Shown: positions 28,594 through 37,918 of the stretch, in pieces | Position numbering within the stretch: the stretch's first letter is position 1 | Layout: every line of letters begins with the position of its first letter | From: Promethearchaeota archaeon | GTDB lineage: Archaea; Asgardarchaeota; Lokiarchaeia; Sigyniarchaeales; SOKP01 | NCBI GenBank assembly: GCA_048939995.1 | Contig: JBHLOY010000002.1 | Location: 416,001-480,000 of the forward strand | DNA: 64,000 bases | Direction of reading: 5' to 3' | Position numbers and translations under genes: made by a program | The notes under the pieces: model-generated | Told to the model about the DNA's origin: nothing | Database searches by the model: none | Seen by the model: only the letters and a program-made list of their open reading frames with translations

Positions 28594-30192
28594 ATATTGT
28601 AAAGAAGCTAACAAGGTCCAAAAAAGCATTCTTAATTCTACTTGAAATGCAAGCTTATTATTTTTCCAATTAAAATCTTCTTCTAAATTTTCATTACTGA
28701 AAAAGTTAGCATAACGAATAATATTACGAAATAAATTGTTTACTGTAATAAATTCCTCATCTTTAAAATCAAGTAAATCATATATTAATAAAGCTCGTGA
28801 TGTATCAGTTAAATTATTATTGATAAGTCCTTGAGGAGAGATAAGCTTTTTTATTTCAGTGTTATAGACGTTTTTAAAAATATTAAAATTGATATCTTTA
28901 TCAATAATTTTTAGAATTCCCAGATGATAAAAAATATCCATTGGAAGATTTTTATTTTCTAATAGCATTAAATCTAAATCAATTAAAGGCTTAATTAAAT
29001 GATTTTTATTGGAGATAACTCCCCCATTTCTTTCTAAGATCTTTAACGATAATAAACTATAGAAATTGAAAGATAGTTTTTCAGGTAAAAAATTTTTCAA
29101 TTCTTTTTCTAAAAACATTTCAATCTCGAACATATCTATCATTTCAGTTTTATCTAGTAAATTTAATTCAGATAAAATGGATAAACCAAAAAGATTACTT
29201 ATAGGATTGGGTTTATGGTACATCCCTGTACTAAATACTTTCCCGCTAACAAAATTTTTCAGTAAATTTAATATTTCTCCGGAATTAAAGGGTAATCCTC
29301 TTCCGATTATTTTTAAATTTGAGATAAAATAAAATAAATTCTCTAAATCAAGAAACGTAACATCATTTTCAACAGAATTTATAAGATTCTCTATGTTAAT
29401 ACTCAATTTCTCTAGCATTTTAGTATCCAATAGGGGAAACTTGCCAAAATAGTCAAGAAAACTAACTTTCTTATCAATAATATCAAAAAATTTGTCAGGA
29501 GGACCACTTTTTAATAGAGTTGGTTTTCCTAAAACCTCAATATTATCTTTTTTTGCCTTTTCTAATTGTCTTAATATTTCATTATTAGAATCGTCTTTGA
29601 TATTTTTGACTAATGAATGATACTTCTCTTTATCAATTATAAAATTGTTAACATCATAAAATGAATCAATCTTGTTGATAATTTGTTGAATATAAGGTTT
29701 CTCTTCTAAAGCAAAAATTTCTTGTTGTTTAAATTGATTTAATTTTTTGAGAAATTTTTTTGGTAATAAATCAAAGAGATCAAGATTTTGAATTTTTTTC
29801 TCATCAATTCTTAAGATATATTCAAGAATTATTGCAAGAAGATATTTATTAATATAAGTTTTTAAACTAGATTTAATAAAGCTATTGAAATCTACATATG
29901 ATTTTCTTTTATTTTTGAATATATTATTAAAGATTTCTTTTTCTAGACTTAATTCTTCAATAGGAATCCCAATTGTATTTAAAGCTGAATTCGTAGCAGA
30001 AATAATTGCATAGATACCCTTTTCAATTTCTCTTTCAGTAGTTTCAGAGATTTTTGTTGTAATATCGATGTTCTTGTAAGAATATAAGTCTTTTATATAG
30101 AAAAAGCATTTTTCGTAATAATCTAGGATTTCATTCTGAAGTGATTTTTTTAATTCTGTTAATAAATTAGGTAAATCCATTTCAATACTCAA
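28576..30192 (-). CDS. Hypothetical helical protein; C-terminal half possibly a degenerate prenyltransferase-like alpha/alpha repeat
   Basis: 538-aa ORF with repeated helix pairs (e.g. PNPISNLFGLSIL, LTDTSRALLI). Confidence 0.5.
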   Translation of the reverse strand: MSIEMDLPNLLTELKKSLQNEILDYYEKCFFYIKDLYSYKNIDITTKISETTEREIEKGIYAIISATNSALNTIGIPIEELSLEKEIFNNIFKNKRKSYVDFNSFIKSSLKTYINKYLLAIILEYILRIDEKKIQNLDLFDLLPKKFLKKLNQFKQQEIFALEEKPYIQQIINKIDSFYDVNNFIIDKEKYHSLVKNIKDDSNNEILRQLEKAKKDNIEVLGKPTLLKSGPPDKFFDIIDKKVSFLDYFGKFPLLDTKMLEKLSINIENLINSVENDVTFLDLENLFYFISNLKIIGRGLPFNSGEILNLLKNFVSGKVFSTGMYHKPNPISNLFGLSILSELNLLDKTEMIDMFEIEMFLEKELKNFLPEKLSFNFYSLLSLKILERNGGVISNKNHLIKPLIDLDLMLLENKNLPMDIFYHLGILKIIDKDINFNIFKNVYNTEIKKLISPQGLINNNLTDTSRALLIYDLLDFKDEEFITVNNLFRNIIRYANFFSNENLEEDFNWKNNKLAFQVELRMLFWTLLASLQYSEFQT

Positions 30193-30291
30193 ATTATAGA
30201 GTGAGCTATAAAATTAAAATCTTATAGACTTTAATTATTTTTAATACTTTAGTTAAATTAACTTTAATTCTCTGCATCATTAGATGGTTAG

Positions 30292-31035
30292 ATGCCCAAG
30301 GAAAAATTTTCTTATGATTTTATAGCAAAAGATTATAATTTAAAGAGAAAAAAGCCATGGAAGGATCTAAAATATTTTATAATATATCTTGAACTTCGGA
30401 ACTATCGTTTCTTTGGGTATACATGCGATTTAGGATGTGCAAATGGCAGAAATTTTGAAATTTTTAGTAATTTTTCTGATAGAATAATAGGTATAGACAA
30501 TTCTCTTGAACTTCTAAAAATTGCTAAGAATCGAATCAACAATGTAAATTCAAGCGTATATAAGAGTATACCTCAATTAATCTTGAGTGATATAAGATTC
30601 ATTCCAATTAGATCTAACGTGATTCATAATATATTTTCAATTGCAACAATACATCACATTGAATTAAGGTCTGATAGAAAGGAAGTTCTTTCTCAAATTC
30701 GCAAAATTTTAAAATTAAATGGTTATTGTTGCCTTACATTATGGAGAAAATTTCAGAAAAAATATCGTAGCTACTTTATATCAGATTGGTTTAAAAGACT
30801 ATTTAATCGTAAATATAAATCTAAACAAATCGAAATGAGGTTATCTAATTTCGGTGATAAACTTGTTTCTTGGAGAAATTCAACTTATCAGGAAATTTAT
30901 CATAGATTTTATCATTTTTTTTCCAGAAAGGAGGTAAATGAACTTATTAAAGAATTTAAAATCAAGGAAATTAAAAAACTAGGAGGCCCAAACAAAAAAG
31001 ACAACTTTTTTTTATTAATTCAAAAAATAGATTAG
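30292..31035 (+). CDS. Trm9/ALKBH8-like SAM-dependent tRNA methyltransferase
   Basis: YD.IA..Y...R.KPW, DLGCANGR, SIATIHH, RFYHFF...E. Confidence 0.75.
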   Translation: MPKEKFSYDFIAKDYNLKRKKPWKDLKYFIIYLELRNYRFFGYTCDLGCANGRNFEIFSNFSDRIIGIDNSLELLKIAKNRINNVNSSVYKSIPQLILSDIRFIPIRSNVIHNIFSIATIHHIELRSDRKEVLSQIRKILKLNGYCCLTLWRKFQKKYRSYFISDWFKRLFNRKYKSKQIEMRLSNFGDKLVSWRNSTYQEIYHRFYHFFSRKEVNELIKEFKIKEIKKLGGPNKKDNFFLLIQKID

Positions 31036-31042
31036 GAAGTAT

Positions 31043-31534
31043 TCAATGACAAACTATATTATTATAACATTTAAGAATAAATGGTTTGAAATTATCATAA
31101 AGACTATCAATAATCGCACAGTGAAAGTTGATTAAGCGGTTCGTGTTATCACAATAAAAAATAGCATGAATGCTTTTTTCATTATAATATCTTTTTCTAA
31201 TCATTTTAGCTCTTCGACCATACCAAAAAGTAATATTGTGACTCAATAGGTAAGATTCTTCTTTTGAAGTAATAACTAATCCTATCCTACTATAAATATC
31301 AATCGATTTCTGAATTTCTTTTGCATAAAATAAATTTTCAGGCTGTTTTTTTTCCCAGAAAATCTCCATTTTAGCATCAGAACCCCAAATCTCATCATAA
31401 TCATTTTGAGAGTGAAGTAAAATAGTTCCCTCGTCGTTATCTCCTTCCCACTTAACTTCTTTAAACCAAATGGGCATTTTATTTATTACAAGATTACATT
31501 CTGATTTTTCATAGACATAATAATTGTATTCCAT
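31043..31534 (-). CDS. Hypothetical protein
   Basis: 163-aa ORF ending in C-H, with an FYCD..NR motif. Confidence 0.6.
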   Translation of the reverse strand: MEYNYYVYEKSECNLVINKMPIWFKEVKWEGDNDEGTILLHSQNDYDEIWGSDAKMEIFWEKKQPENLFYAKEIQKSIDIYSRIGLVITSKEESYLLSHNITFWYGRRAKMIRKRYYNEKSIHAIFYCDNTNRLINFHCAIIDSLYDNFKPFILKCYNNIVCH

Positions 31535-31647
31535 TTTTAAAACGCTAATAAATAATTATAATCACGATATAATTTACTTCTAAAATAAATTGAAGCCTTA
31601 AAAATCTTTATAAAGAGAAATTATAATTATAATAAAATGAAATTCAA

Positions 31648-32259
31648 TTATGATTCTGTCAATTTCTTTGCTTCTTCAATCCATTTCTGAATTCGCTCTT
31701 CTGAAACTCCTTTTATTAAAGTAGATAGTTCTTGAGGATCTTCTTTCAATAAATCTTCTACATTGTTTACTCCTAATTCGACAAATTTTTTCTCTGTTGA
31801 AAGCCCCAATCCTGATAACAATGTTAAGGGGCTACCCTTTACTTCAACTTTCTCTTTTTTTACTTTTTCTACCTTAGCTACTTTCTCTACCTTTTCCTTC
31901 TTAACGGGTTTTACTTTCTTTTTAGGAGTCACCTTTTTAGCAGCTACTTCCTTTTTAACTATCCTCTTTACAGGTTTTTTTGATACTGGTTTAAATGGCG
32001 TGCGCTTCTTCTCTTTAAAAACGTATGGTTTCCTCTTCTTTCCTTTTTTCTCTGAAATCTTTAACTTTTCTAATTTTTCAACATTTTCTTTATGCGTAGA
32101 TTGCCTAATATAATCAATTGGAATATTTAGCTTCTTTAATAATTGAACTGTTTTCCCAGCTTCTCTAATTTCAGCTAACGAAAAGCCCTTCCCTTTTCTT
32201 AAATTATGAGCTTTTGATGGTGAATATACTATTGCATTTGCAGTATCTTTAGTTTCCAT
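31648..32259 (-). CDS. rpl13e: Ribosomal protein L13e with a Lys-rich linker and C-terminal helix-hairpin-helix domain
   Basis: RKGKGFSLAEIREAG...IPID..R.S.H.ENV; C-terminal LSGLG......F.ELGV..VEDL...IKGVS. Confidence 0.85.
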   Translation of the reverse strand: METKDTANAIVYSPSKAHNLRKGKGFSLAEIREAGKTVQLLKKLNIPIDYIRQSTHKENVEKLEKLKISEKKGKKRKPYVFKEKKRTPFKPVSKKPVKRIVKKEVAAKKVTPKKKVKPVKKEKVEKVAKVEKVKKEKVEVKGSPLTLLSGLGLSTEKKFVELGVNNVEDLLKEDPQELSTLIKGVSEERIQKWIEEAKKLTES

Positions 32260-32377
32260 AATAAAAACATCTTACTTAGCTTAGTTGTAGGTAGGATAAC
32301 TCTTGCAAGTTTTTATTTTTTTCTATTTAATATAGGAAAAACTCAAAAAAACATTAATGTATACTATTTAAACAACC

Positions 32378-33028
32378 TTACATTTTAATAATGTCTAATT
32401 CTGCTAATTTTTTCAGAATTTCATTAATTTCTGTTCGTGTTTTGTTAAAATATCTTGAGATTTTAAGCGGAGAATTTTTTTCTTTTTCTCCTGTACATTT
32501 CAAGGCCACTTTAAAATCGAAATCATTAATCATACCCATAGACAATATTTTTTCTAAAACTTTTTTTGCAATTAATAAGGTAGGAAAAACCTCAGCAATT
32601 TTACCGCCAAATGTTAAATTTTCAATATCAGTGTTAATCGTCTGAAATCTGCTCCTTTCAGTTGTCGTTCGGAATATCTTTATATCTGATTGATGCTTTT
32701 TCCAAAATCTATTAGCAATCTTATGAATCACCTCAATCAATTTGTCTGTATTATCATCAGAATCAGAAATAGAACAAAATAATATTCTAGAAGTTGGATG
32801 ATAATAAATCACAATTGTAGAGTCTTCAGATTCAACGGTTCTTATTATTTCATCACTTCTTTTTCCTTTTGCCATCGCATCTTGAATATTATCAATAATT
32901 TGGTTTATTTCTTTAAAAAAACCTGGTATTACTTCATTTCCAATTTTACTTTTTTGAAACTCTTTAAAAGTGGTTTCTAATATTGAAATCCCGTTATCCC
33001 CATCAATTAGATAGATTTTATAGATCAA
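32378..33028 (-). CDS. Longin-domain protein with a C-terminal winged-HTH-like segment
   Basis: IYLIDGDNGISIL...IPGFFKEI; tail SPLKISRYFNKTRTEINEILKKLAELDII. Confidence 0.6.
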   Translation of the reverse strand: MIYKIYLIDGDNGISILETTFKEFQKSKIGNEVIPGFFKEINQIIDNIQDAMAKGKRSDEIIRTVESEDSTIVIYYHPTSRILFCSISDSDDNTDKLIEVIHKIANRFWKKHQSDIKIFRTTTERSRFQTINTDIENLTFGGKIAEVFPTLLIAKKVLEKILSMGMINDFDFKVALKCTGEKEKNSPLKISRYFNKTRTEINEILKKLAELDIIKM

Positions 33029-33102
33029 TGTTCAAAATAAGAAATACAGTTTTATTATCAAAATAATAATACTATTTTCTTAAGAATCTTTACATTCCAC
33101 TT

Positions 33103-34437
33103 TTGTCATGGTTAAAAATAAAAAGAGAGTTTTTTATATATCTTTTAAAATTATTGATAGTAAATTTTACAATGAAAGTAAAGAAATTATCTTTGTTTTT
33201 TGGTGTAATTATATTCTCATTGCTTTCAATAAATACAAATCATTTTATTTACAGCGGAATTCCTAGCCCTAAATCATCCGATACGGGAGTTTCAGGTTAT
33301 ACTATAACAGGGAGTATTACATACCAAGTTGAAATAAATTTTACACTTACTCATAATAATTTAAACGGTTTCCTAGTATCCAGTGATTATAATTTCAAAT
33401 TTGCAAGATTAAATAATCGTCATCCTAATTCTTCCTTAACGCATTATACACCACCATACCAAGAAAGCTTATTACTATACCATAAAATAATTGGTAGCGA
33501 TTACGTCCCCTATTTTTCGCAAGATAAATTCAATAATACATATGACATCTTCAATGCTACGCTATCACCTTCACAATCGATTATTTTAAATCAAAAATAT
33601 AATATTACATTAAATGCGATTTCCTTTCCGAATATCGAACCTTCATCGATTGGTATATACGACACTTCCGATGATATTTTTGATTTATATTGCAATAAGT
33701 CAGAAATCTATTATGAGAAAAATGATCCTGTATTAAATGCCACCTCTTTTAGTATTGTAGATCCAAGTGATAATCCTGTGGAAAAAGCTCAAAAGATTTA
33801 CAATTGGGTATCAAGTTATCTTACCTATGATGGAACCCTTCCTGGTCAAGAGAAAGGGGCGTTATGGGCTCTCAATAATAGCAAAGGAGATTGTAGTGAA
33901 TATTCATCTTTAATGATTACACTATTGAGATGTCAAGGAATACCTGCACGTAAAGTTACTGGTTATGTATTTTCCAATAATCCAAATATTCAGCCAACTC
34001 TTGGAGAACAGAAAACTTTTTATATCAGCAGAACCGGAGGGAGCTCCTCGACTAACTTTTTAGGACATGCGTGGGTCGAATATTATGTCCCAAATATTGG
34101 ATGGATCGCTTGCGACCCTACATGGAATAACGGAGCAAATTATTTCAATCGAATCGATTCTCTCAGATTTGCTTCCAATATAGGAGCATGGTTCACAATT
34201 CCATTATTACCAGAAATCAGTGAATTTCCAAATCCATGCATAGTTTACGATACAGATGCTGATTTTAACTATGATTATAATGTAGTAATAACTGTAATAG
34301 AATCAAGTAAATTACCACTCGATCCCTTAACAATAATTATAACTGTGGGAACAATCGCTGCAATTGTGTCTGTTATCATATTGATAATAGTAATTAGTAA
34401 TAAGAGAAAAAAGAGAGCAAAAGAGGGATATTATTAA
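33103..34437 (+). CDS. Membrane-anchored transglutaminase-like protein
   Basis: GDCSEY, GIPAR.V.G, HAWVEYY...GWI..DPT catalytic triad; C-terminal TM with basic tail. Confidence 0.85.
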   Translation: MSWLKIKREFFIYLLKLLIVNFTMKVKKLSLFFGVIIFSLLSINTNHFIYSGIPSPKSSDTGVSGYTITGSITYQVEINFTLTHNNLNGFLVSSDYNFKFARLNNRHPNSSLTHYTPPYQESLLLYHKIIGSDYVPYFSQDKFNNTYDIFNATLSPSQSIILNQKYNITLNAISFPNIEPSSIGIYDTSDDIFDLYCNKSEIYYEKNDPVLNATSFSIVDPSDNPVEKAQKIYNWVSSYLTYDGTLPGQEKGALWALNNSKGDCSEYSSLMITLLRCQGIPARKVTGYVFSNNPNIQPTLGEQKTFYISRTGGSSSTNFLGHAWVEYYVPNIGWIACDPTWNNGANYFNRIDSLRFASNIGAWFTIPLLPEISEFPNPCIVYDTDADFNYDYNVVITVIESSKLPLDPLTIIITVGTIAAIVSVIILIIVISNKRKKRAKEGYY

Positions 34438-34476
34438 AAATATTTTTTTTTATTTTAAAATAAGTGAAAATAAATT

Positions 34477-35889
34477 TTAGATATAAGTTTTGATTAAATC
34501 TTTTATATTTTTAGTGAATTTCGGTAGCTGCTTCTCGATTTTCTGAATATTCTCAAATTTTTCCATAAATAAAAGTAAATATAAATTATATTTATCTACT
34601 TCAATTTTTTTAAATATTATTTTCTTTTCTTCCTCAGTTATGCCTGAGGTAACAATAAAATCTTGTTTTAGTAATTTAAATTCTTTAAAAGTTTTGTAGA
34701 GCGTTTGGAAGTGAGGGGCTGATATTTCAAATACCTTTTCAGATATTTCTGAATGAGAATAATTGGATAAGATTATACCATTGTCATTTAATAATAATAC
34801 TGCATCAGATTCTGTTTTATTAGCCAAAAACTTAAGTTGATTTTCGAATAATTCCCGGTTTGGGCTGAGTTGTGAAAGTCCATAGGAATAAGCTGAGATT
34901 AATGAATAATGATCGAAGATAGAGGTATGAAATATTTTAAGAAAGAAATTTGCGGCTGTTCCTGCAATTTCTTGTTCAAGAAATTTTATATTCTTTTTAA
35001 TATCCTTTGATTTTTTTAAATCAGGATCAAACTTGTTTAAACAAACTACTATGGGTGGAAACTCATCTAACTCCCTTAGAGAATTTAAGATTTTTTTGAA
35101 TAATTCAATAGCTTCTTCGTTCCTTTTAACATCTTGGATATCAATGAAGTAAAATAAAAGATCAACATTATAAAGGTAGACTTTGCTTTGTTCAAGATAC
35201 TTTTCTCGATACTTTTGTTGACCCCCTAAATCCCATATTGATATAGTTGAGTTCTGTTCTTCAAATATTTTTTCCTCAGTTCTTGCAACTCCCTTAGTAG
35301 GCAATGCTTTAATGATCTCAGAATATTTTTTCTTAACACCTAGTAAAAAACTGCTTTTACCTGCTCGATCTAATCCTACAAAAAGAATTTTTAATACTTT
35401 TTTAGTTGTTATTGAATCTTTTATTTCACTGCTAAAATCAAATAATTCTTTCTTTAAATGTTCTAAAATTAATTTACTTTTCTCCACATTTTGTGAAACT
35501 TGTACCTTAGAAGCTGCTCTATCGATAATTATTCTTAAATATTTCATATTTTCATAAAAGAATACTTTATTTTGCTCATCAATTAGGACAGAAATAGTTG
35601 CAGCTGTAGCATTTCCACGAGCATTTGCATCAGGTATCAAAAAAAAATAAGTTAATCCATTCATTTTTAAATCAGGAAATGGTAATATACCAAAATAGTT
35701 GACCCCTTCTATATCAGTTCCATCTTGATACACAGCATCACCCATTAAAAGACTAATTGTTTTCATGGCAATTAGTAAACGAGCAGACTCTTCCATATCA
35801 TAAGGCCAATAAAATTTTGCAGTCGGTCCTTCCTCGTCAAAAAAACTCAAAACGACAGCTTTTATGATATTTGCACTAGGACTATTCAT
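34477..35889 (-). CDS. uDENN/longin + Rag/Arf-like GTPase + roadblock-like C-terminal domain
   Basis: FFDEEGP...WP and DANARG; GLDRAGKS, PTKG, WDLGGQ, NKFD, TSIFD; LSPNRELFENQLKFLA...DAVLLL. Confidence 0.8.
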   Translation of the reverse strand: MNSPSANIIKAVVLSFFDEEGPTAKFYWPYDMEESARLLIAMKTISLLMGDAVYQDGTDIEGVNYFGILPFPDLKMNGLTYFFLIPDANARGNATAATISVLIDEQNKVFFYENMKYLRIIIDRAASKVQVSQNVEKSKLILEHLKKELFDFSSEIKDSITTKKVLKILFVGLDRAGKSSFLLGVKKKYSEIIKALPTKGVARTEEKIFEEQNSTISIWDLGGQQKYREKYLEQSKVYLYNVDLLFYFIDIQDVKRNEEAIELFKKILNSLRELDEFPPIVVCLNKFDPDLKKSKDIKKNIKFLEQEIAGTAANFFLKIFHTSIFDHYSLISAYSYGLSQLSPNRELFENQLKFLANKTESDAVLLLNDNGIILSNYSHSEISEKVFEISAPHFQTLYKTFKEFKLLKQDFIVTSGITEEEKKIIFKKIEVDKYNLYLLLFMEKFENIQKIEKQLPKFTKNIKDLIKTYI

Positions 35890-35951
35890 TTTACGATTCC
35901 TAATTCTTCTAATATATCAAAAATAGTTTACGTACTTATAAATCTTTTAAC

Positions 35952-37802
35952 CTATTCAGTAATTTTTATATAATACATTTGGGACGATTCACAGATTCTT
36001 TTAAGAAAATCGTATATTTGCTGAGCATTGCTTAATTCTTTATTATGCTTGCTAAGAGATATCTGTTCAATAGCATTATTTTGAATTATTGAATGAAATA
36101 TGCCATGACTTTTAATACGCTCCAGCAATGGCATATTAAGGTTTACGGCAAGATGGTACGATTCAGTATAATGAGGATATTTATCATCATTGCGAGTAAT
36201 TGCATCGTTACTAAAATGCTTTTTATCTAATCGAGTAAAACGGCTTAAAGCTTTATTTGATGAACTTCCAGTCAAACAAAAAGGGAAATTTAATTGAGTT
36301 GATTTTTCTTCGCAAAACTCCTTCATTTCAAGTATTATCTTTTGTGCCAATTTGATTGAATCTAATATTTCAGAAAAATCTAAATTTGTTAAGCTTTTTA
36401 GGGTTTCACTTAAACCCACAAATCCTATGCATAATTTCTGATTTCTTAAATCAAATAAATTATCCTTATTTAAATTACTACAAAGTGGAAGATGATTTGT
36501 TTTTAATCTTTTTTCAATCACTTCCACTTTTTTTATCAAGATTCTAACAACTATTTCCATTAAATCAATTAAACTTTCAAGAAATTTATCCTCATCTTTC
36601 TTTTGATAAGCTATTCGCGGCAGATTTAAAGAGATTTTTTGAAGTATTCCATAATTATTGCAAGCATTACTATGATATTCAAAATGCCTTTCTTTGACCC
36701 AATTGAGGCATGAGTTAATAAAGTAAAGCTTTTTAGTTCTTAGAGATTCATTAATAACTCGAAAATATGATTCCTCATACTTCCGTAATAGTTCCTCATC
36801 AAAGAATACAATATGATTAGGATATAAGAGAGATTTGCTGTTATAATCTCCTTTCGTGAAAATAGAAGTTAAAATTTCAAAGATTTTAAGGCATTCCTGT
36901 TTATAATCGCCATAAACTCCTGATCCTTCTCCATTTGGAGTTATGGCGGAAAGATTTAAAAGCTTTTGGGATATAGTTGGAGTGCAGGAAATTGAAGTCT
37001 TTAAAGAATTTTTAGCAGTAATCATCGCTAATTGATTAATTTTATAAATAAAATTTCTTAATATATTTTCAATTTCATTGTTTGATAAGCCTCTGACATA
37101 CGGAGCTAAAAATACTGTTATATGTTCAAGTTTCTGCTCATCGCTAAATTCACTTTGGATGAAACCTAACCACTGAGCGAGTTGATAGGTCGCATCCAAT
37201 AAATTTTTTGGCGGACCTAATTTAGAACCAAAATTCCAGTGTTTCACGGGGGGCAATCCAAACTTTAAAATCATTCGCGGATCCCATACTTCTGAGTACA
37301 TTCTTAAATCAAAATATTTTAGTTGATGAATGTGAATATCACCATATAAGTGTGCATGAGCCTCTTCATCTGATAAGATTCTTAACAGTGAATATTCTTC
37401 TGCCAACTGATTAGCTGCTAAATGATGAATTTTTTCTGGATTAATAACCTTTTCTCGGGTATGCTTAAAATTAGTTTCAAGAATTTCTTCATAATCCATC
37501 AATGGCATTCCAATTCGGGTATATAATTTACGTTCCTCTTCATAGTGCTGTTCAGATAGAATAGAACATACGATTTCTCTTATATGAGGCCCAGAAAGAA
37601 ATTTTATACTAGAAGATATAATCCTTCTCACTACTAATTCTGTTATTTTTCCAGCAACAGTTTGATTTAATCCAGTTTCCTTTATTATACTTAACTCAAT
37701 TTTAGTAGGATCAAAAGGTACAACATCTCCTTCTGTCCTAAAAACTTTTGGCATTAATTTCTTTAAATAAGATTTTTCTTTTTGACTCATTTCCAATTCC
37801 AA
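35952..37802 (-). CDS. ATP-cone + class III ribonucleotide reductase (NrdD)-like protein lacking the Zn/glycyl-radical domain
   Basis: ATP cone (VFRTEG...FD..KI), AHLYGDIHIH, SLNLPR, IGFVGL.E, YT.S.H; no CxxC..CxxC or RxxGY. Confidence 0.75.
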   Translation of the reverse strand: MELEMSQKEKSYLKKLMPKVFRTEGDVVPFDPTKIELSIIKETGLNQTVAGKITELVVRRIISSSIKFLSGPHIREIVCSILSEQHYEEERKLYTRIGMPLMDYEEILETNFKHTREKVINPEKIHHLAANQLAEEYSLLRILSDEEAHAHLYGDIHIHQLKYFDLRMYSEVWDPRMILKFGLPPVKHWNFGSKLGPPKNLLDATYQLAQWLGFIQSEFSDEQKLEHITVFLAPYVRGLSNNEIENILRNFIYKINQLAMITAKNSLKTSISCTPTISQKLLNLSAITPNGEGSGVYGDYKQECLKIFEILTSIFTKGDYNSKSLLYPNHIVFFDEELLRKYEESYFRVINESLRTKKLYFINSCLNWVKERHFEYHSNACNNYGILQKISLNLPRIAYQKKDEDKFLESLIDLMEIVVRILIKKVEVIEKRLKTNHLPLCSNLNKDNLFDLRNQKLCIGFVGLSETLKSLTNLDFSEILDSIKLAQKIILEMKEFCEEKSTQLNFPFCLTGSSSNKALSRFTRLDKKHFSNDAITRNDDKYPHYTESYHLAVNLNMPLLERIKSHGIFHSIIQNNAIEQISLSKHNKELSNAQQIYDFLKRICESSQMYYIKITE

Positions 37803-37918
37803 TTATACCTAAGAGAATGAATTTATTATAATTTAATTAAATTATGTAAGATTTAAATTTAAAATCATTATTCCTATAGCCTCTTATATTTATTTTACTT
37901 TAAAAAAGAAAAATATGT

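Noticed and set aside
35890-35951. Frameshifted continuation of NrdD
   Set aside because: Only 62 nt before the next gene, with no CxxC or RxxGY coding potential
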